A DNA stretch of 64,000 nucleotides from an uncultured Actinomycetota bacterium (GCA_963770565.1 CAVYQE010000002.1:160001-224000); one strand, 5' to 3'; shown: positions 32,213 through 42,609, counted from the first letter of the stretch. Notes: generated by a model not told the origin, from the letters alone. A program made the numbers and translations.

Positions 32213-33162
32213 AGGATCCAGCCCCCGCCCGGCACAGCCGGATCGTCGGACTCGGCGAGCACCGGCCGTCGCACGTGATGACCAACCACGAGCTGCCCGC
32301 GTCGCTCGACACCAACGACGAATGGATCCAGCAGCGCACCGGCATCGCGCGCCGCGGCGTCGCCGGGCCGGAAGAGACGCCGGTCACGATGGCGACCGAA
32401 GCGGCCCGCAAGGCTGTCGCCGACGCCGGCGTCGATCCGGCCCAGGTGGGCCTCGTCGTGCTGGCGACCTGCTCGATGCTGCAGCCGATCCCGGGCGGCT
32501 CGTCGCAGGTCGCGACCGCGATCGGCGCCACGAACGCCGGCGCCTACGACCTCAACGCCGCGTGTGCCGGCTTCTGCTACGGCCTGGCCGCGGCGTCGGA
32601 CGCCGTACGACTCGGATCAGCCGAGTACGCCGTCGTCATCGGGTCGGAGAAGATCACCAACTGGATCGACTGGTCCGACCGCTCGTCGGCGATCCTGTTC
32701 GGCGACGGCGCCGGTGCCGCGGTGGTCGGCCCGTCCGACACCCCGGGCATCGGACCGGTCATCTGCGGGAGCGACGGCACCGCGTCCGGTCTGATCGACA
32801 TGACCGAGGCCGGCCGGCTGCGTCTCGATGGCCCCGCCGTCTTCCGCTGGGCGACCACCGCGCTGGCCGACGTGATGGTGGCAATCTGCGACGCGGCCGG
32901 CGTCTCGCCGACCGACCTCGCGGCATTCGTGCCGCACCAGGCCAACCTGCGGATCATCAATGCGCTTGCCCGCCAGATCGGCGCCACCAACGCCGTCATC
33001 GCCCAGGACGTCGTCGACACCGGCAACACCTCGGCCGCCTCGGTGCCGCTGGCCCTCGCCCGGCTGCGCCGCGAAGGCGCCGTCACCACGGGCGACCTCG
33101 CACTCACCCTCGCGTTCGGCTCGGGACTGACCTGGGCCGGGCAGATCGTCACCATCCCCTGA
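32209..33162 (+). CDS. fabH: Beta-ketoacyl-ACP synthase III
   Basis: NAACAGF, FGDGAGA, PHQAN, GNTSAAS. Confidence 0.95.
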   Translation: MKDPAPARHSRIVGLGEHRPSHVMTNHELPASLDTNDEWIQQRTGIARRGVAGPEETPVTMATEAARKAVADAGVDPAQVGLVVLATCSMLQPIPGGSSQVATAIGATNAGAYDLNAACAGFCYGLAAASDAVRLGSAEYAVVIGSEKITNWIDWSDRSSAILFGDGAGAAVVGPSDTPGIGPVICGSDGTASGLIDMTEAGRLRLDGPAVFRWATTALADVMVAICDAAGVSPTDLAAFVPHQANLRIINALARQIGATNAVIAQDVVDTGNTSAASVPLALARLRREGAVTTGDLALTLAFGSGLTWAGQIVTIP

Positions 33163-33197
33163 CCCCCGTACGACCCAACCAACAGGAGAGAAAACAC

Positions 33198-33446
33198 ATG
33201 TCAGACCAGGACATCCTCACCGCCCTCGGCGAGATCGTTCAGGAAGCGACCGGTATTCCCGCCGACCGCGTCGTGCCGGCTGCGTCGTTCACCAACGACC
33301 TCGACATCGACTCGCTGTCGATGGTGGAGATCGCGACGATGGCCGAGGACCGGTTCAACGTCTCGATCCCGGACTCCGAGCTCAGCAAGCTCAAGACCGT
33401 TGCGGACGTCGTGGACTTCCTCGCCAAGGCCGGGGTTGCGGTCTAA
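33198..33446 (+). CDS. acpP: Acyl carrier protein
   Basis: AGGAG RBS; DLDIDSLSMVEI. Confidence 0.95.
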   Translation: MSDQDILTALGEIVQEATGIPADRVVPAASFTNDLDIDSLSMVEIATMAEDRFNVSIPDSELSKLKTVADVVDFLAKAGVAV

Positions 33447-33549
33447 TCGCAATCCTCGTGCGCCGCGGGTGTAACCGATCGCGGCCGGCCGAAGTCCAAC
33501 CAGTGGCGTCGACGCCACTGACCAACCCGCAAGGAAGCAGGAGAGTGAC

Positions 33550-34782
33550 GTGAGCACTCGCGAAGTTGTGATCACCGGGCTCGGTGCGAGCACTCCGCTG
33601 GGTGGCGACATGACGTCCACCTGGGAGGCGCTGCTGGCCGGCGCCTCCGGCACCACACTGCTCGAGGACGACTGGGCGGCCGACCTCCCGGTCCGGCTCG
33701 CGGCTCCGGCCGCGGTCGACCCGGCCACCGTCCTTCCTCCGGCCCGGATGCGAAGCCTCGACCGCAATCAGCAGTTCGCGCTGATCGCGGCCCGCGAGGC
33801 ATGGGCCGACGCCGGCGCGCCGGAGGTCGAGCCCGAGCGGCTCGGCGCGGTCGTGTCGAGCGGCATCGGTGGGCTGATCACCGTGCTGGAGCAGTACGAC
33901 ATCCTCAACAGCAAGGGTGCGCGGCGGGTCTCGCCGTTCACCGTGCCGATGATCATGCCGAACGGCGCGGTCGCCGCCGTCGCACTCGAGCTCAACGCCC
34001 GGGCCGGCGCGCACTCCCCGGTCTCGGCCTGCGCGTCGGGTTCGGAGGCGCTCGCCTACGGGCTCGACATGATCCGCACCGGCCGGGCCGACGTAGTGGT
34101 CTGCGGTGGCTCGGAGGCCGTAATCCACGCGCTTCCGCTCGCCGCCTTCGCCGCGATGCGCGCGTTGTCGGCGCGCCACGACGATCCGCAAGCGGCGTCG
34201 CGGCCGTTCGACAAGCAGCGCGACGGCTTCGTGCTCGGTGAAGGTGCGTCGGTTCTCGTGCTCGAGGCCCGCGAGCATGCGGACGCGCGCGGCGCGAAGA
34301 AGTACGCCGTACTCGCCGGTGCCGGGATGGCGAGCGACGCCCATCACATCGCCGCTCCCGACCCGGACGGCGCCGGCGCCGGGCGGGCGATGAGTGCCGC
34401 ACTTGCCGACGCCGGGCTCGAGCCCAGCGACATCGGCCATCTCAACGCGCACGCCACGTCGACCCCCACCGGCGACATCGCGGAGGCAATCGCGATGCGG
34501 CGGGCGTTCGGGTCGCAGACCGACTCGATCCCGGTCACCGCGATCAAGTCGTGCTCGGGCCACTTGCTCGGCGCGGCCGGTGCACTCGAGGCCGCGGTCA
34601 CATGTCTGAGCCTGCGCGACCACAAGGTGCCGGCGATCCGCAACCTCGACGATCCTGACGATGAGGTCGGGCTCGACCTGGTGCGAGTCACTCCCCGCGA
34701 CCTCGCCACCGGCAAGGCCGCACTGTCCAACTCGTTCGGCTTCGGCGGTCACGATGTCGCCCTTGCCTTTACGGAGGCCTGA
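33550..34782 (+). CDS. fabF: Beta-ketoacyl-ACP synthase II
   Basis: SACASG, NAHATST, GHLLGAAG, NSFGFGG. Confidence 0.95.
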   Translation: MSTREVVITGLGASTPLGGDMTSTWEALLAGASGTTLLEDDWAADLPVRLAAPAAVDPATVLPPARMRSLDRNQQFALIAAREAWADAGAPEVEPERLGAVVSSGIGGLITVLEQYDILNSKGARRVSPFTVPMIMPNGAVAAVALELNARAGAHSPVSACASGSEALAYGLDMIRTGRADVVVCGGSEAVIHALPLAAFAAMRALSARHDDPQAASRPFDKQRDGFVLGEGASVLVLEAREHADARGAKKYAVLAGAGMASDAHHIAAPDPDGAGAGRAMSAALADAGLEPSDIGHLNAHATSTPTGDIAEAIAMRRAFGSQTDSIPVTAIKSCSGHLLGAAGALEAAVTCLSLRDHKVPAIRNLDDPDDEVGLDLVRVTPRDLATGKAALSNSFGFGGHDVALAFTEA

Positions 34783-36197
34783 TGTCTCTGCTCGAGGCTG
34801 TCCCCCAACAGGTGTCCACCACGACCGGTGAGGTCGACCGCGACCCGCGCGAGCGGCTCGCGCAGCTGCTCGGCACCGAGTCGATGCTGATCATGCACGC
34901 CGAGCCCGGCTCGGGCGTCGTCACCGCGATCGGCGACCTGCACGGCCATCCGACCGTCGCATTCGCGACCGACCCCGCACTGCAGGGCGGCGCGATGGGT
35001 TCGGAGGGCTGCGAGGCGATCGTCGAGGCCTACGAGGCCGCCATGCGCCACAAGGCCGCGATCGTCGGCATCTGGCAGTCCGGCGGCGCCCGGCTCGCCG
35101 AGGGCGTCGCATCGCTCAACGCGGTCGGCCGGGTGTTCGCGGCGATGACCCGGGCGTCCGGCCACGTGCCGCAGATCTCCGTCGTACTCGGCCCGGCCGC
35201 CGGCGGTGCGGCCTACGGTCCGGCGCTCACCGACATCGTCATCCTCGGGCCCAACGGGCGGGTCTTCGTGACCGGTCCGGACGTCGTCAGAAGCGTCACC
35301 GGCGAGGACGTCGACATGGCCAAGCTCGGTGGCCCCGAGCCGCACGGCCGGCGCAGCGGCGTCGTCCACGTCATCGCCCAGACCGACGTCGAGGCGCTGG
35401 CGTCGGCCGTCGACCTGGTCGGCCTGCTGGTCGACCGCCGTCAGGTGACCATCGTCGACGACCGCACCCTCAGCGACCTGCTGCCGGAGTCGGCCCGCCG
35501 CGCGTACGACGTGCACCCGATCGTCAACCGGCTGCTCGACGAGCCCGGCACCGAGCTGCACGCCAAGTGGGCACCGAACATCGTGACGATGCTCGGACGG
35601 ATCGGCGGCGGCAGTGTCGGCGTGCTCGCCAACAACCCGATGCGACTCGGTGGCTGCCTCGACTCCGCGAGTGCGGAGAAGGCGGCCCGGTTCGTACGGA
35701 TGTGCGACGCGTTCGGTGTGCCACTGGTCGTGATCGTCGACGTGCCGGGCTACCTGCCCGGTGTCGCCCAGGAGTGGGACGGCGTCGTACGACGCGGCGC
35801 CAAACTGCTGCACGCCTTCGCCGAGGCGTCGGTGCCGCGGGTGACGGTTGTGACCCGCAAGGCGTACGGCGGCGCATACATCGCGATGAACTCCCGCTCG
35901 CTCGACGCCACCAGGGTCTACGCCTGGCCGGGCGCCGAGGTGGCCGTCATGGGCGCGGTGGCAGCGGTTCGGGTCCTCAAGCGGCGGCAGATCGCCGAGG
36001 CGCCCGAGCACGAGCGCTCGAGCCTGGAGAACGCACTGGCCGCGGCGCACGAGATCGAGTCCGGCGGGGTCAACCGCGCGGTCGAGCTCGGCCTGGTCGA
36101 CGAGATCATCGACCCGGACATCACCCGGAGTGCGGTGAGCACTGCGCTCGCCAAGGAACCGGCTCGACGCGGAAGCCACGGAAACATCCCGCTATGA
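34782..36197 (+). CDS. Acyl-CoA carboxylase carboxyltransferase subunit (AccD6-like)
   Basis: SGGARLAEG, GPAAGGAAY, VDVPGYLPG, RKAYGGAY. Confidence 0.92.
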   Translation: MSLLEAVPQQVSTTTGEVDRDPRERLAQLLGTESMLIMHAEPGSGVVTAIGDLHGHPTVAFATDPALQGGAMGSEGCEAIVEAYEAAMRHKAAIVGIWQSGGARLAEGVASLNAVGRVFAAMTRASGHVPQISVVLGPAAGGAAYGPALTDIVILGPNGRVFVTGPDVVRSVTGEDVDMAKLGGPEPHGRRSGVVHVIAQTDVEALASAVDLVGLLVDRRQVTIVDDRTLSDLLPESARRAYDVHPIVNRLLDEPGTELHAKWAPNIVTMLGRIGGGSVGVLANNPMRLGGCLDSASAEKAARFVRMCDAFGVPLVVIVDVPGYLPGVAQEWDGVVRRGAKLLHAFAEASVPRVTVVTRKAYGGAYIAMNSRSLDATRVYAWPGAEVAVMGAVAAVRVLKRRQIAEAPEHERSSLENALAAAHEIESGGVNRAVELGLVDEIIDPDITRSAVSTALAKEPARRGSHGNIPL

Positions 36198-36910
36198 CAG
36201 CTGCCACCAGCAGGTCGGTCCTGATCACGGGTGGCAACCACGGCATCGGCCTCGGCATCGCTCGACAGCTCTCCGCGGCCGGGCACCGGGTCGCGGTCAC
36301 GCATCACTCGAGCGGATCGCCCGAGGGATTGTTCGGCGTGAAGTGCGACGTCGCCGATCCGGAGTCGGTGCGCGACGCGGTCGAGCGGGTGGTGGCCGAG
36401 CACGGTGCGATCGAGGTGCTCGTCGCCAACGCCGGGATCACTCGTGACGGTCTCATGATGCGGATGCCGGATCACGACTGGAACGACGTGATCGACACCA
36501 ACCTCCGTGGTGCGTGGGCGGCCGCGCGTGCCGTCATCCCCGGGATGGCGAAGGCTCGGTACGGCCGGTTGTTGTTCGTTTCCAGTGTGGTCGGCATGCT
36601 CGGCTCGGCGGGTCAGGCCAACTACGCGGCCTCCAAGGCAGGTCTGATCGGGCTGGCGCGCTCGCTCGCGCGCGAGTACGCACCACGAGGGATCACGTCG
36701 AACGTGCTCACTCCTGGTCTGGTCGACACCGGCATGACCGCGGTGTTGAGCGACGGTCAGCGCGAGGAGATCGTCGCGCGCACACCGCTGAAGCGGATCG
36801 CCTCGGTCGAGGAAGTTGCTGCCGTCGCTGCGTTCCTGGTCAGCGACGAAGCGTCGTACGTCACGGGTGCGGTCGTGCCCGTCGACGGTGGATTAGGGAT
36901 GGGTCACTGA
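36194..36910 (+). CDS. fabG: 3-oxoacyl-ACP reductase
   Basis: TGGNHGIG, NAGITRD, NYAASKAG. Confidence 0.93.
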   Translation: MTAATSRSVLITGGNHGIGLGIARQLSAAGHRVAVTHHSSGSPEGLFGVKCDVADPESVRDAVERVVAEHGAIEVLVANAGITRDGLMMRMPDHDWNDVIDTNLRGAWAAARAVIPGMAKARYGRLLFVSSVVGMLGSAGQANYAASKAGLIGLARSLAREYAPRGITSNVLTPGLVDTGMTAVLSDGQREEIVARTPLKRIASVEEVAAVAAFLVSDEASYVTGAVVPVDGGLGMGH

Positions 36911-37677
36911 TGGGTTTGCTGGACGGAAAGTCGATCCTCGTCACTGGAGTGTTGACCAACGCCTCCATCGCGTTCCGGGTTGCCGAGGTCGCGCAGCAGG
37001 AAGGCGCGACCGTGATCCTCACCGGCGTCGGGCGGAGCATGTCGCTCACCGCGCGGATCGCCAACCGGCTGCCGCAGGGTGCGCCGGTCGTGCCGCTCGA
37101 CGTCACCGACCAGACCGAGCTGGACGGCCTGGCCGACGCGGTGCGGGAGCACACCGACCGCCTCGACGGTGTGCTGCACGCGATCGGCTTCGCGCCGCCG
37201 ACGGCGCTCGGCGGCGGGTTCTTCACCGCACCGTGGGAGGACGTCGCGACCGCGATCCACATCTCGACCTACTCGCTGGTCTCGCTGGCGCGGGCGACAC
37301 TGCCGCTGATGGGCGGCGGCGGATCGTTGGTGGGGCTGGACTTCGACGCCACTCGCGCCTGGCCGGCGTACGACTGGATGGGCGTGGCGAAGGCCGGCCT
37401 GGAGTCGACCACCCGCTACCTCGCGCGCGAGCTCGGGCCGCAGGGGATCCGGATCAACCTGGTCGCCGCCGGTCCGCTGCGGACGATGGCCGCGAAGTCG
37501 ATCCCCGGCTTCGACGGGTTCGAGCAGGTCTGGAAGGAACGAGCCCCGCTCGGCTGGGACGTCGAGAACAGCACGCCGGCGGCTCGCGCCTGCGTTGCGC
37601 TGCTGTCGGACTGGTTCCCGGCAACGACCGGCTCGGTCGTGCACGTCGACGGTGGAGTCCACGCCGTCGGCGCCTGA
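36910..37677 (+). CDS. fabI: Enoyl-ACP reductase (InhA-like)
   Basis: SIAF, HAIGFAP, AWPAYDWMGVAKA, LLSDWFPATTG. Confidence 0.95.
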   Translation: MGLLDGKSILVTGVLTNASIAFRVAEVAQQEGATVILTGVGRSMSLTARIANRLPQGAPVVPLDVTDQTELDGLADAVREHTDRLDGVLHAIGFAPPTALGGGFFTAPWEDVATAIHISTYSLVSLARATLPLMGGGGSLVGLDFDATRAWPAYDWMGVAKAGLESTTRYLARELGPQGIRINLVAAGPLRTMAAKSIPGFDGFEQVWKERAPLGWDVENSTPAARACVALLSDWFPATTGSVVHVDGGVHAVGA

Positions 37678-37681
37678 AGTT

Positions 37682-38398
37682 CTACTGGGAGATCGTCCAG
37701 GTCAGCGGCAGCGAGGCGGTGAGCCCCTGGTCGGCGTTGGTCTGGGAGCGGTCGGACCGCACGGTGAAGACGTACGTCGCAGAGGCGCCGGACGCAAGCG
37801 TCGAAAGGCCAGGGTTCACAAGGGTCTGATTGGCGAGGCTGGCGAGGGTCCCCTTGCGACTGGGCTTGGGACACGCGTCGACGGTCAACCTCGGGAAGAT
37901 GCAGCGATACCGCGCACCAACCGTCGCGTTCGTGATCGTCACGTCGACCTTGCCACAGAAGCCCTTGATGTCGGCGCCGGCGTAGCCGCCGTTGTTGCGG
38001 GCGCCAGCTGCCGAGCAGGCGCCGATCGCGAGTGACGAAGCCGACGTGTCTTGCGTGCCGACATTCATGACGTCGACCGTGGTCGAGGTCGCCGGGCCGC
38101 CAGGCGCCTGGTTCCTCGCGCCGCCGAGATCGTTGATCGAGTTGCAGCCGCCGCGGTGCGCCAGATGCCTCACCGCGCCGGCCGAGAAGCAGGTCGTCGT
38201 TCCGACTCCTTCCCGCAGTTGCACCACACCGGACCCGCCCGTGCTGGTCGGACCCGTGATCGCTCCGGACACGCCACTGAGCGCGCCGATCGCGGCTGCG
38301 CCAAACCCGACGACAACTGCACCGGCAGCCGCAACGGAACGGAGACTGCCGAACACCTTGTGTCGTCGATCTCGCGAAGATTGTGCCGGAACGTTCAC
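37682..38398 (-). CDS. Secreted Cys-containing hypothetical protein, TasA/CalY-like C-terminus
   Basis: Basic plus hydrophobic signal segment; ends YVFTV..NADQGLTASLPLTWTISQ. Confidence 0.65.
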   Translation of the reverse strand: MNVPAQSSRDRRHKVFGSLRSVAAAGAVVVGFGAAAIGALSGVSGAITGPTSTGGSGVVQLREGVGTTTCFSAGAVRHLAHRGGCNSINDLGGARNQAPGGPATSTTVDVMNVGTQDTSASSLAIGACSAAGARNNGGYAGADIKGFCGKVDVTITNATVGARYRCIFPRLTVDACPKPSRKGTLASLANQTLVNPGLSTLASGASATYVFTVRSDRSQTNADQGLTASLPLTWTISQ

Positions 38399-38531
38399 GA
38401 GACCCCCTCAGTAGTGCTACCGATACCTTCGACCGGACAAAGCACTTGGGCGCAGAGGATTGCGACCCCAGCCCACCGGGTCATCCGACCTCACCCGTGC
38501 GAGCCGCGGCGGGTCGATCGGCCCGGTGCGA

Positions 38532-39122
38532 TCAGACCGGGGGCTCGGGGTCGTACTGGATGTAGCGGCGCACTTCGCGAGCGCGCTCCACGCTCGCGAG
38601 CCGGCGGACCAGATGCAGCGCCATGTCGATCCCGGCAGAGACGCCGGACGCGGTGATGACGTCACCGTCGTCGACGAACCGGTCGTCCGGGCGAACCTCG
38701 ATCGTCGGGTCGGTTTCGGCCAGCAGGTCGAGCGAGCCCCAGTGCGTCGTCGCGGGCCGCCCGGCCAACAGGCCGGCCGCGGCGTACACGAGTGAGCCGG
38801 TGCAGACACTGGTCATCAGGGCCGCTTCGGTACGCCGTTGCCGGACCCAGTCCAGGTGTTCGGGATCGCGCATGAGCGGGCGAGTGCCCTGCCCGCCCGG
38901 GTGCACCAGCACCTCGTAGCCCGGCGCGTCGGCAAACGAGTGGTGCGCGCCGATCGACAGTCCCTTGGCCGCCGCGACCGGCTCGCCAGTCCGCGACAGG
39001 CATGAGACGGCGAAGCCGTCGTCGGGGAAGAACGTGGTCCAGGCCGCGAGCACTTCCCACGGGCCGACCGCGTCGAGCTCCTCCACTCCGTCGAAGAGCA
39101 CGATTCCGATCTGTCGAGTCAT
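38532..39122 (-). CDS. DJ-1/PfpI family protein
   Basis: ELDAVGPWEV, PGGQG, SVCTG, ATTHW, GVSAGID. Confidence 0.92.
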   Translation of the reverse strand: MTRQIGIVLFDGVEELDAVGPWEVLAAWTTFFPDDGFAVSCLSRTGEPVAAAKGLSIGAHHSFADAPGYEVLVHPGGQGTRPLMRDPEHLDWVRQRRTEAALMTSVCTGSLVYAAAGLLAGRPATTHWGSLDLLAETDPTIEVRPDDRFVDDGDVITASGVSAGIDMALHLVRRLASVERAREVRRYIQYDPEPPV

Positions 39123-40138
39123 GCCCCGAAGCCTTGCACCCGCCGGTCGGTAAGCAGCCACCAGATCGCCTGCTCCTGCTCGGCGGTCAGGCCGCGACTC
39201 GGCAGACCGGCCCGCAACGGCCGCCGGGCCTTGGGCGGCAACGTCTGCATCCACTCCCAGGTGTCGGCGACCGTCGTCTCGATCGGACGGCAGGTCAGGC
39301 CTTGCGCGACCGCGGCCGACACGTCGCAGTCGTGCATGCCCGCGGCCTCGCTGTCCTCGGGGATCCAGCCCGGGAGGTCGTCCCACTCGCGTACCGCGGC
39401 CCGCCTGAGCACCGCCTCGCCGACCCAGACCAGGTCGGCGTGGCTGCCCGTGACCTCGACACACGCCTCGACCACCCGCCGGGTCGTGATGCCCTCCGAG
39501 CGCGGGCTGACGACGTTGAAGGCCCCCGAAGTCTGCTGCGACGCCGCGCTAAGCATGAACTCGGCCAGGTCGCGCGCGTCGAGCACCTGCCAGATCCGCT
39601 CAGGCGGCTCGGGCACCACGAGCGAGCCACCGGCGGCCGCCCGTTGCAGCCACCAGGTCAGCCGCCCGGCGTCCTCGTGCGGGCCCAGGATCAACCCGGC
39701 CCGCGCCAATAGCGAGCGGCCGTCGAACCGCTCCAGGACGGCGATCTCGCTGCCGCGCTTGTGGGCCGGATAGCCGCCGTCCGGGTCCGGGTCGACCAGC
39801 GGGGCGGACTCGTCGCTGCCGGGGGCGGGCGGCCAGCGGTAGACCGACCGGCTGGAGACGTAGCCGTACCACGCGACCGTGTCCGCCAGCGCGTCGGCCG
39901 AGGCCGCGACGACGCTCGGCTCACCGTCCCAGGTGTCGATGACCGCGTCCCAGCCGCCGCCCGCCACTGGCTTCAGCGCGGCCGGATCCCGCCGGTCCGC
40001 ACGGACCCAGGTCACCCCGCCGTCGGGCTCGCCGCTGTCGCCGCGGCTGAGGACCGTGACCTCAGCGCCGCGCTCGAGCGCGGTCGCAACGATCGCCCGC
40101 CCGACGAACCGGGTGCCACCGAGCACCAGCAGCTTCAT
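39119..40138 (-). CDS. NAD-dependent epimerase/reductase
   Basis: MKLLVLGGTRFVG, YVSSRSVY, RAGLILGPHE, DARDLA. Confidence 0.9.
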   Translation of the reverse strand: MKLLVLGGTRFVGRAIVATALERGAEVTVLSRGDSGEPDGGVTWVRADRRDPAALKPVAGGGWDAVIDTWDGEPSVVAASADALADTVAWYGYVSSRSVYRWPPAPGSDESAPLVDPDPDGGYPAHKRGSEIAVLERFDGRSLLARAGLILGPHEDAGRLTWWLQRAAAGGSLVVPEPPERIWQVLDARDLAEFMLSAASQQTSGAFNVVSPRSEGITTRRVVEACVEVTGSHADLVWVGEAVLRRAAVREWDDLPGWIPEDSEAAGMHDCDVSAAVAQGLTCRPIETTVADTWEWMQTLPPKARRPLRAGLPSRGLTAEQEQAIWWLLTDRRVQGFGA

Positions 40139-40218
40139 GGCGGCCAGCCTCACCCGCGCGACGGATGGTGTCAGTAGGTTCTGCCGACGGCGGACGGATG
40201 TTCGCCGGTGGCGGCGAC

Positions 40219-40911
40219 TCAGGCCGAGGCGGTCACGAACACGTGCGCCGCGGTCGCGTCGTCGAGCTCGACCGCTCGGGTGCCCTGGCCGACCAGGACC
40301 CGACCGTTCTGCCGACCGACCGCGACGCTGGTGTTGGGCCGGAAGCCGGCTCGCCGCAGCCGGGTCAACAGCTTGGTGTCGGACTGGATCGGCTCCCCGA
40401 TCCGGCGTACGACGACCGTGGTGATGGCCGGCGGCAGGTCGGTGAGGGCGACCAGGCCGCCGAGGAAGTCGTCCGAATTGGTGTCGCCGAGCTCGCTCAG
40501 CCCCGGGATCGGGTTGCCGTACGGCGACTCGGTCGGGTGCCCGAGGATCTCCAGCAACCGGCGCTCGACCGTCTCGCTCATCACGTGCTCCCAGCGGCAT
40601 GCCTCGTCGTGCACGAGCTGCCAGTCCAGGCCGATGATGTCGACCAGGAGGCACTCGGCAAGCCGGTGCTTGCGCATGACCCTGGTGGCCGCCGAGCGAC
40701 CAGCCGGCGTGAGGTCGATCCGGCGGTCTGCCGTCACGGTGAGCAAGCCGTCGCGCTCCATCCGCGCGACCGTCTGCGAGACGGTCGGGACGCTCTGATC
40801 CAGCCGCTCAGCGATCCGCGCGCGCAGCGGGACGACCCCTTCCTCCTCGAGTTCGAGCACCGTACGGAGATACATCTCCGCGGTGTCGATGAGGTCGTGC
40901 TCGTGGTTCAC
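40219..40911 (-). CDS. ideR: Iron-dependent repressor IdeR/DtxR
   Basis: DLIDTAEMYLRT, PTVSQTVARMERDG, MRKHRLAE, EACRWEHVMS, SPYGNPIPGL. Confidence 0.93.
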   Translation of the reverse strand: MNHEHDLIDTAEMYLRTVLELEEEGVVPLRARIAERLDQSVPTVSQTVARMERDGLLTVTADRRIDLTPAGRSAATRVMRKHRLAECLLVDIIGLDWQLVHDEACRWEHVMSETVERRLLEILGHPTESPYGNPIPGLSELGDTNSDDFLGGLVALTDLPPAITTVVVRRIGEPIQSDTKLLTRLRRAGFRPNTSVAVGRQNGRVLVGQGTRAVELDDATAAHVFVTASA

Positions 40912-40963
40912 CCGGCCATTCTCCACCCGGATCGGCCCAGAAGCCTCGTGTACGGTCCATGGG

Positions 40964-41968
40964 GTGCGCGATGGCCACGCTCCCGCGATCGCCGACCCGA
41001 TCGAGGATTGGTTCGGCACCCACACGTCGGCGATCGACGACTGGACCATCGACCGGGTCGCCGCCCTGAAAGGCCCCCGGCGGATCAGCGTCGTCCTTCC
41101 CGCGCTCGACGAGGAAGCCACCGTCGGCGACATCGTCACCACGATCCGCACCGAGCTGGTCATGGGCCGGAGCGGGCTCGTCGACGAGGTGATCGTCGTC
41201 GACAGCGGCTCGGCGGACTCGACCGCCGCGGTCGCGGCCGGCAGCGGCGCTCGGGTCGTCGCGCTGAGCGACGTACTTCCCGGCCTTCCACCCCGGCGCG
41301 GCAAAGGCGAAGCAATGTGGCGCGGCCTGGCGGCAACCGACGCCGACCTGGTCGTGTTCGTCGACGCGGACCTGCAGGAGTTCGACTCGCGATTCGTCGT
41401 CGCGCTGCTGGGACCGCTGCTGAGCGATCCGGCGATCCAATTCGTCAAGGCCGCCTACGATCGGCCGCCGACGGATCCTGCCGTACCGAGCAACGGCGGT
41501 GGCCGGGTCACTGAGCTGATGGCACGGCCGCTGGTTTCGGCCTTCTGGCCGGCGCTGAACGGCGTGCTGCAGCCGCTCGCGGGCGAGTACGCCGCGGCCA
41601 CCGAGCTGCTACGCAAGCTTCCGTTCCGCTGTGGGTTCGGGGTCGACCTCGGACTGCTGATCGATGCATATCGAGCGGTCGGGCTCGGCGCCATCGCGCA
41701 GGTCGACCTGCACCGGCGGTGGCACCGCCACTCCGACCTTGCGTCGCTCGGCCGGATGGCCGGCGAGGTCATGCACACCGCGCTGGACCGGCTGGCGGAC
41801 GAGGGTCGGCTACCTGCGGGTCTCGATCGCGAGACGCTGCTGTGGCAGCCCGACCGGGTCGAGGGCGGCGTCCGGCGAGCCGGCCACCGGATCGACACCG
41901 CCGAACGTCCGCCGCTGCGCGATCTGCTCGCGACCGCTCAGGCGACCGACCACAGCGCGACGAAGTAG
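40964..41968 (+). CDS. gpgS: Glucosyl-3-phosphoglycerate synthase (start approximate)
   Basis: SVVLPALDEE, GKGEAMW, FVDAD, GGRVTELMARP, QPLAGEYA. Confidence 0.9.
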   Translation: MRDGHAPAIADPIEDWFGTHTSAIDDWTIDRVAALKGPRRISVVLPALDEEATVGDIVTTIRTELVMGRSGLVDEVIVVDSGSADSTAAVAAGSGARVVALSDVLPGLPPRRGKGEAMWRGLAATDADLVVFVDADLQEFDSRFVVALLGPLLSDPAIQFVKAAYDRPPTDPAVPSNGGGRVTELMARPLVSAFWPALNGVLQPLAGEYAAATELLRKLPFRCGFGVDLGLLIDAYRAVGLGAIAQVDLHRRWHRHSDLASLGRMAGEVMHTALDRLADEGRLPAGLDRETLLWQPDRVEGGVRRAGHRIDTAERPPLRDLLATAQATDHSATK

Positions 41969-42609
41969 CTCACGCCGTACGGCGCGGTGTCGGCGAGCAA
42001 CTCGGCGGCCATGACGGTCGCTCCTGCGAGCGCACCGGCGACCGAGTGCCAGGGCGCGAGTCCGCAACACATGAGCTCACTCGCCAGGGTGGCGTCGAGG
42101 TCGCCGAGCCCTTCGATGTCGCCGTCGGCCAGCATCGCGGCGACGGCCCGGTCGAAGCCCTCGGCCCGCTCGTCGAGATAGCCGGGGGCGCGTTCTGCGC
42201 CGCGCGCACTGCCGTCTCCGACGACGACCAGCGCGGTCTCCACGTCGGCTGCCAAGAGGCCGATCGCCGCGGACTCGGTCCCGACGCCGAGATAGCGACG
42301 CGGTCCGTCCCACCCGGTTTCGTCGAGCAACCACGCCCCGATCCCCAACGGCCACGGCAATCGTGACCGCCGATCCGCCGGGACCCGAGGCACCCCGAAT
42401 CCGGTGAAGTCCCAGGTCGCGTCGCGTTGCCACTCTGCGGCGGGTTCGACGCCGGCTAAGGCGACGACCTCGTCAACGCCTTCCGTGGCGCGTCCGATTG
42501 CGGCCAGAGTCGTGTTGCGCAGATGGGCATCGACGGGCGCCGAGCCACCCGCGACCGGCGTCACCAGCAAGGGCGCGGCCGGCACGAATACGACAGTGCG
42601 AATCGTCAT
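41938..42609 (-). CDS. Hypothetical protein, class III extradiol dioxygenase B-like fold
   Basis: PAAPLLV, LVVVGDGSA..APGYLDERAEGFD, APYGVSYFVA. Confidence 0.75.
   Translation of the reverse strand: MTIRTVVFVPAAPLLVTPVAGGSAPVDAHLRNTTLAAIGRATEGVDEVVALAGVEPAAEWQRDATWDFTGFGVPRVPADRRSRLPWPLGIGAWLLDETGWDGPRRYLGVGTESAAIGLLAADVETALVVVGDGSARGAERAPGYLDERAEGFDRAVAAMLADGDIEGLGDLDATLASELMCCGLAPWHSVAGALAGATVMAAELLADTAPYGVSYFVALWSVA

Noticed and set aside
31043-37677. Type II polyketide synthase cluster
   Set aside because: No chain-length factor or cyclase; the genes match primary FAS-II with a FasR/MabR-like regulator.
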